A stretch of 64,000 nucleotides of DNA from Leptogorgia sarmentosa (lineage: Eukaryota). Of the stretch, positions 63,225 through 64,000 are shown one piece after another. The notes beneath the pieces are model-generated. The model ran no database searches, was not told where the DNA came from, and saw only the letters and a program-made list of their open reading frames with translations. The position numbers were made by a program, and so were the translations under genes. Where the stretch lies: assembly GCA_964658305.1 (NCBI GenBank), contig OZ210885.1, positions 8,742,001 to 8,806,000 on the forward strand. Reading direction: 5' to 3'. Numbering within the stretch: position 1 is the stretch's first letter; every line of letters begins with the position of its first letter.

Positions 63225-63752
63225 TGTGATAAAATCACAACTTGATGTTCGAAAATTTTATCGAGTTTCTCCATAATTTCTTTTGTATCTGGGGTGGTGG
63301 GGTGGGTCTGGGTCGACTTGGCATGAACAGACGCAGGAATATGGAATGTGTAGCGTATGTTTGGCGATAAGGACGAGTTCCATACTGAATCGACAATCGA
63401 CGTTGTGTGTTTGATTCATATAATTGGTCGACTCGTAAAAACTACAGATAAGCAAACAATATTTAAATACATATACAACTAAACAGGACTACATATACGA
63501 ATCACATAAGTATTACTGACATATAAAACATATAGTGATATATGACATACCTCTGTCCCCGTATTTTACAATAAACTACAGTACGTTTCCAAGTACGAAC
63601 GATTTCGAGTATGAACAGATACGATGTAAATTACAAGATACGAATACGTCCAGGAGCGTTTACTTTTATACACAATTTGCATACACGTAACACAATACCT
63701 TACAACACATACGTCACACTACATTACAACACATACGTCACGCTACATTACA
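63225..63752 (-). mobile_element. 3' LTR of a BEL/Pao element (left boundary uncertain)
   Basis: On the minus strand a purine-rich agaggagcca precedes TGTAA at 63752; candidate end ...atcACA at 63225. Confidence 0.55.
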
Positions 63753-63796
63753 TGGCTCCTCTAAATTGAGCCAACAATTTAAACCATATACTGTTT

Positions 63797-64000
63797 TCAA
63801 TTTGATCGAGGCTCCTCGATGGGGAATCCCCGGTTTTCATCATCTGAGATTAGAACAACAATTTTCTGAATCGGTCTTTCCAAGTATGTCGATGCACCGT
63901 GACGCTTTCCGTTTTTGTCAAGATGTGAATTGGCTGTAATAACTTTCACTTTTCTGGTTAATCCATCCTTGCTGGTATACGTTTCCACTACACGAGCTAA
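63797..64000 (-). mobile_element. C-terminus of a BEL/Pao polyprotein (DUF5641-like)
   Basis: LARVVETYTSKDGLTRKVKV...LERPIQKIVVL. Confidence 0.85.

Overview
AT-rich animal genomic DNA; the repeat and gene style suggests a marine invertebrate, possibly an anthozoan (inference). Three zones. (1) 1.5-30.4 kb: the last nine + strand exons of a large WD40 beta-propeller gene (about 865 codons in the window, splice phases consistent, C-terminus resembling TEP1/NACHT-WD40 proteins). Its introns are packed with non-autonomous elements: hAT, CACTA, Tc1 and Harbinger MITEs, Helentron-type HINEs, hairpin-capped elements, and LINE and Penelope remnants. (2) 34.2-51.6 kb: a dense cluster of about 50 tRNA genes and pseudogenes built from inverted and tandem segmental duplications. 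It includes a structurally intact tRNA-Gly(ACC), a chimeric tRNA-Val(TAC) and a tRNA-Thr with an intron-like 12-nt duplication. (3) 52-64 kb: decayed transposons, namely a P-element/THAP9-like transposase split by a CR1 LINE tail, a CR1/L2 ORF1 esterase remnant and the 3' end of a BEL/Pao LTR element. Zone 3 also holds a minus-strand cassette in which an unknown three-exon ORF precedes an ORF with a 2A-like ribosome-skipping motif (GDIEVNPGP) directly upstream of a herpesvirus-tegument-like cysteine protease motif. All calls were made by eye with no database search.
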